Translations under genes and position numbers: made by a program | The notes under the pieces: generated by a model | The model's database searches: none | Told to the model about the DNA's origin: nothing | The model's input: only the letters and a program-made list of their open reading frames with translations | From: Alphaproteobacteria bacterium | GTDB taxonomy: Bacteria; Pseudomonadota; Alphaproteobacteria; GM7ARS4; G965262615 | Direction of reading: 5' to 3' | DNA: 64,000 nucleotides | Assembly (NCBI GenBank): GCA_965262615.1 | Contig: OZ253545.1 | Coordinates: 756,776-820,775 of the forward strand | Part shown: one piece after another, positions 63,259 through 64,000 of the stretch | Layout of the letters: each line of letters opens with the position of its first letter | Numbering within the stretch: position 1 is the stretch's first letter

Positions 63259-63630
63259 ATGGAATCATTACAGATGTATCATAATCCCAATTGCGGGACA
63301 TCTCGGGGCATTTTGGCACACCTGCGAGCGCGTGGCATTGAGCCCACCATTGTGCTGTACATGAATGACCCTCCCAGCAAAGAGACACTGCTTTCACTGC
63401 TCGCCAAGATGGATGAGGTGCGTCCCGCCCATGCCATTTTGCGCCGCCGTGAAAAGCTCTGTAGCGAGATGGGGCTGGAGGGCGATGATGTCAGTGAGGA
63501 GGCGTTGATTGAGGCAATGGTGGGCAATCCAGTATTGATTCAGCGTCCCATTTTGATCAAGGGGGATCGCGCCGTGCTGGCGCGTCAAGCCGAAGTGGTG
63601 GATGACTTTTTGGATGAGGTGCTGGAATGA
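63259..63630 (+). CDS. arsC: arsenate reductase (glutaredoxin-coupled ArsC family)
   Basis: MYHNPNCGTSR...EPTIVLY...PPS...LIQRPIL parallels E. coli ArsC along its whole length. AGGAGG lies 7 nt upstream of the ATG. Confidence 0.88.
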   Translation: MESLQMYHNPNCGTSRGILAHLRARGIEPTIVLYMNDPPSKETLLSLLAKMDEVRPAHAILRRREKLCSEMGLEGDDVSEEALIEAMVGNPVLIQRPILIKGDRAVLARQAEVVDDFLDEVLE

Positions 63631-64000
63631 ACAAAACCGAACGCCGCATTGCCGCCAAGAAGCGCAAAGCCGATGCGGCGCGCGGGATTGCTCCGCAACG
63701 CTCTTCTGAGACGCGCTTGCCGCCGGGGCAGCATCTGGTGGCGCAATTTCCCGTCTTGGATTTAGGTATTCAGCCCGCCATTGATACCGCACAGTGGCGA
63801 TTGACCGTGCATGGCTTGGTGGCACAGCCATTGGATTTGGACTGGCAGTCGTTTCATCGGTTGCCGCAAGAAGAGTTTGTGTCGGACATTCACTGTGTGA
63901 CCAGTTGGTCGCGTTTTGACAATCATTGGCGCGGCGTGGCGGTGCGTCATCTGTTGGAGTCGCTGCGTCCCATGCCTGAGGCGCGCTTTGTCTTCATTCG
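63627..64000 (+). CDS. molybdopterin-dependent (sulfite-oxidase-like) oxidoreductase, N-terminal part (3' end outside window)
   Basis: I translated this myself because it is not in the ORF track (no stop in the window): MNKTERRIAAKKRK...LPPGQHLV.QFPVLDLG...WRLTVHGLV...DIHCVTSWSRFDNHWRGV. The ATG overlaps the arsC stop (ATGA). Confidence 0.7.
   Translation, partial: MNKTERRIAAKKRKADAARGIAPQRSSETRLPPGQHLVAQFPVLDLGIQPAIDTAQWRLTVHGLVAQPLDLDWQSFHRLPQEEFVSDIHCVTSWSRFDNHWRGVAVRHLLESLRPMPEARFVFI

Noticed and set aside
1-64000. Integrases, transposases, IS ends, prophage structural genes, rRNA
   Set aside because: I looked through all tracked ORFs and intergenic regions and recognised none. Their absence is part of what makes the islets unusual, but it cannot be taken as proof without HMM searches.

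Overview
This 64-kb chromosomal segment has gene order most consistent with an alphaproteobacterium. The syntenic blocks are ihfA-merR, dgt-argS-SPOR-nagZ, valS-popZ-like-tolC-pcm, mdh-sucCD and lptE-holA; this taxonomic call is inferred from synteny alone. The backbone is housekeeping: pgi (partial), mutL, uvrB, an aminotransferase, a Mn/Zn-type metal ABC operon, folD, yggT, nagZ, argS, dgt, erpA, xthA, ilvD, valS, tolC, pcm, dnaX, recR, lptA/lptB, cobB-like, mdh, sucCD, holA, lptE, arsC, tRNA-Asn and tRNA-Cys. There is a clear one-carbon and cofactor component. It comprises a lanthanide-type xoxF-xoxG-xoxJ methanol dehydrogenase cluster, a nine-gene methanopterin/methanofuran-type cofactor-biosynthesis cluster next to folD, and egtBD for ergothioneine. 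The backbone is interrupted by at least seven short, visibly A+T-richer islets, and no integrase or transposase is visible near any of them. (A) Two tandem membrane-anchored dCTP-deaminase-fold paralogs plus a wHTH/nuclease-like gene and a small acidic gene. (B) A retropepsin-like protease pair plus a DUF262-HNH (GmrSD-like) enzyme. (C) A 14-repeat ankyrin protein. (D) An XRE-ImmA/DUF4411 pair beside the tRNAs. (E) A DNA methyltransferase-HNH fusion translationally coupled to ilvD. (F) An unknown gene plus two mini GIY-YIG-like paralogs between lptA and lptB. (G) A DGQHR (DndB/ParB-like) plus GIY-YIG pair inserted between mdh and sucC. A perfect 13-bp x 21 tandem array lies between mutL and the xoxF promoter. 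I recognised no rRNA, CRISPR array, prophage or IS element. All functional calls come from reading motifs in the supplied translations, not from database searches.
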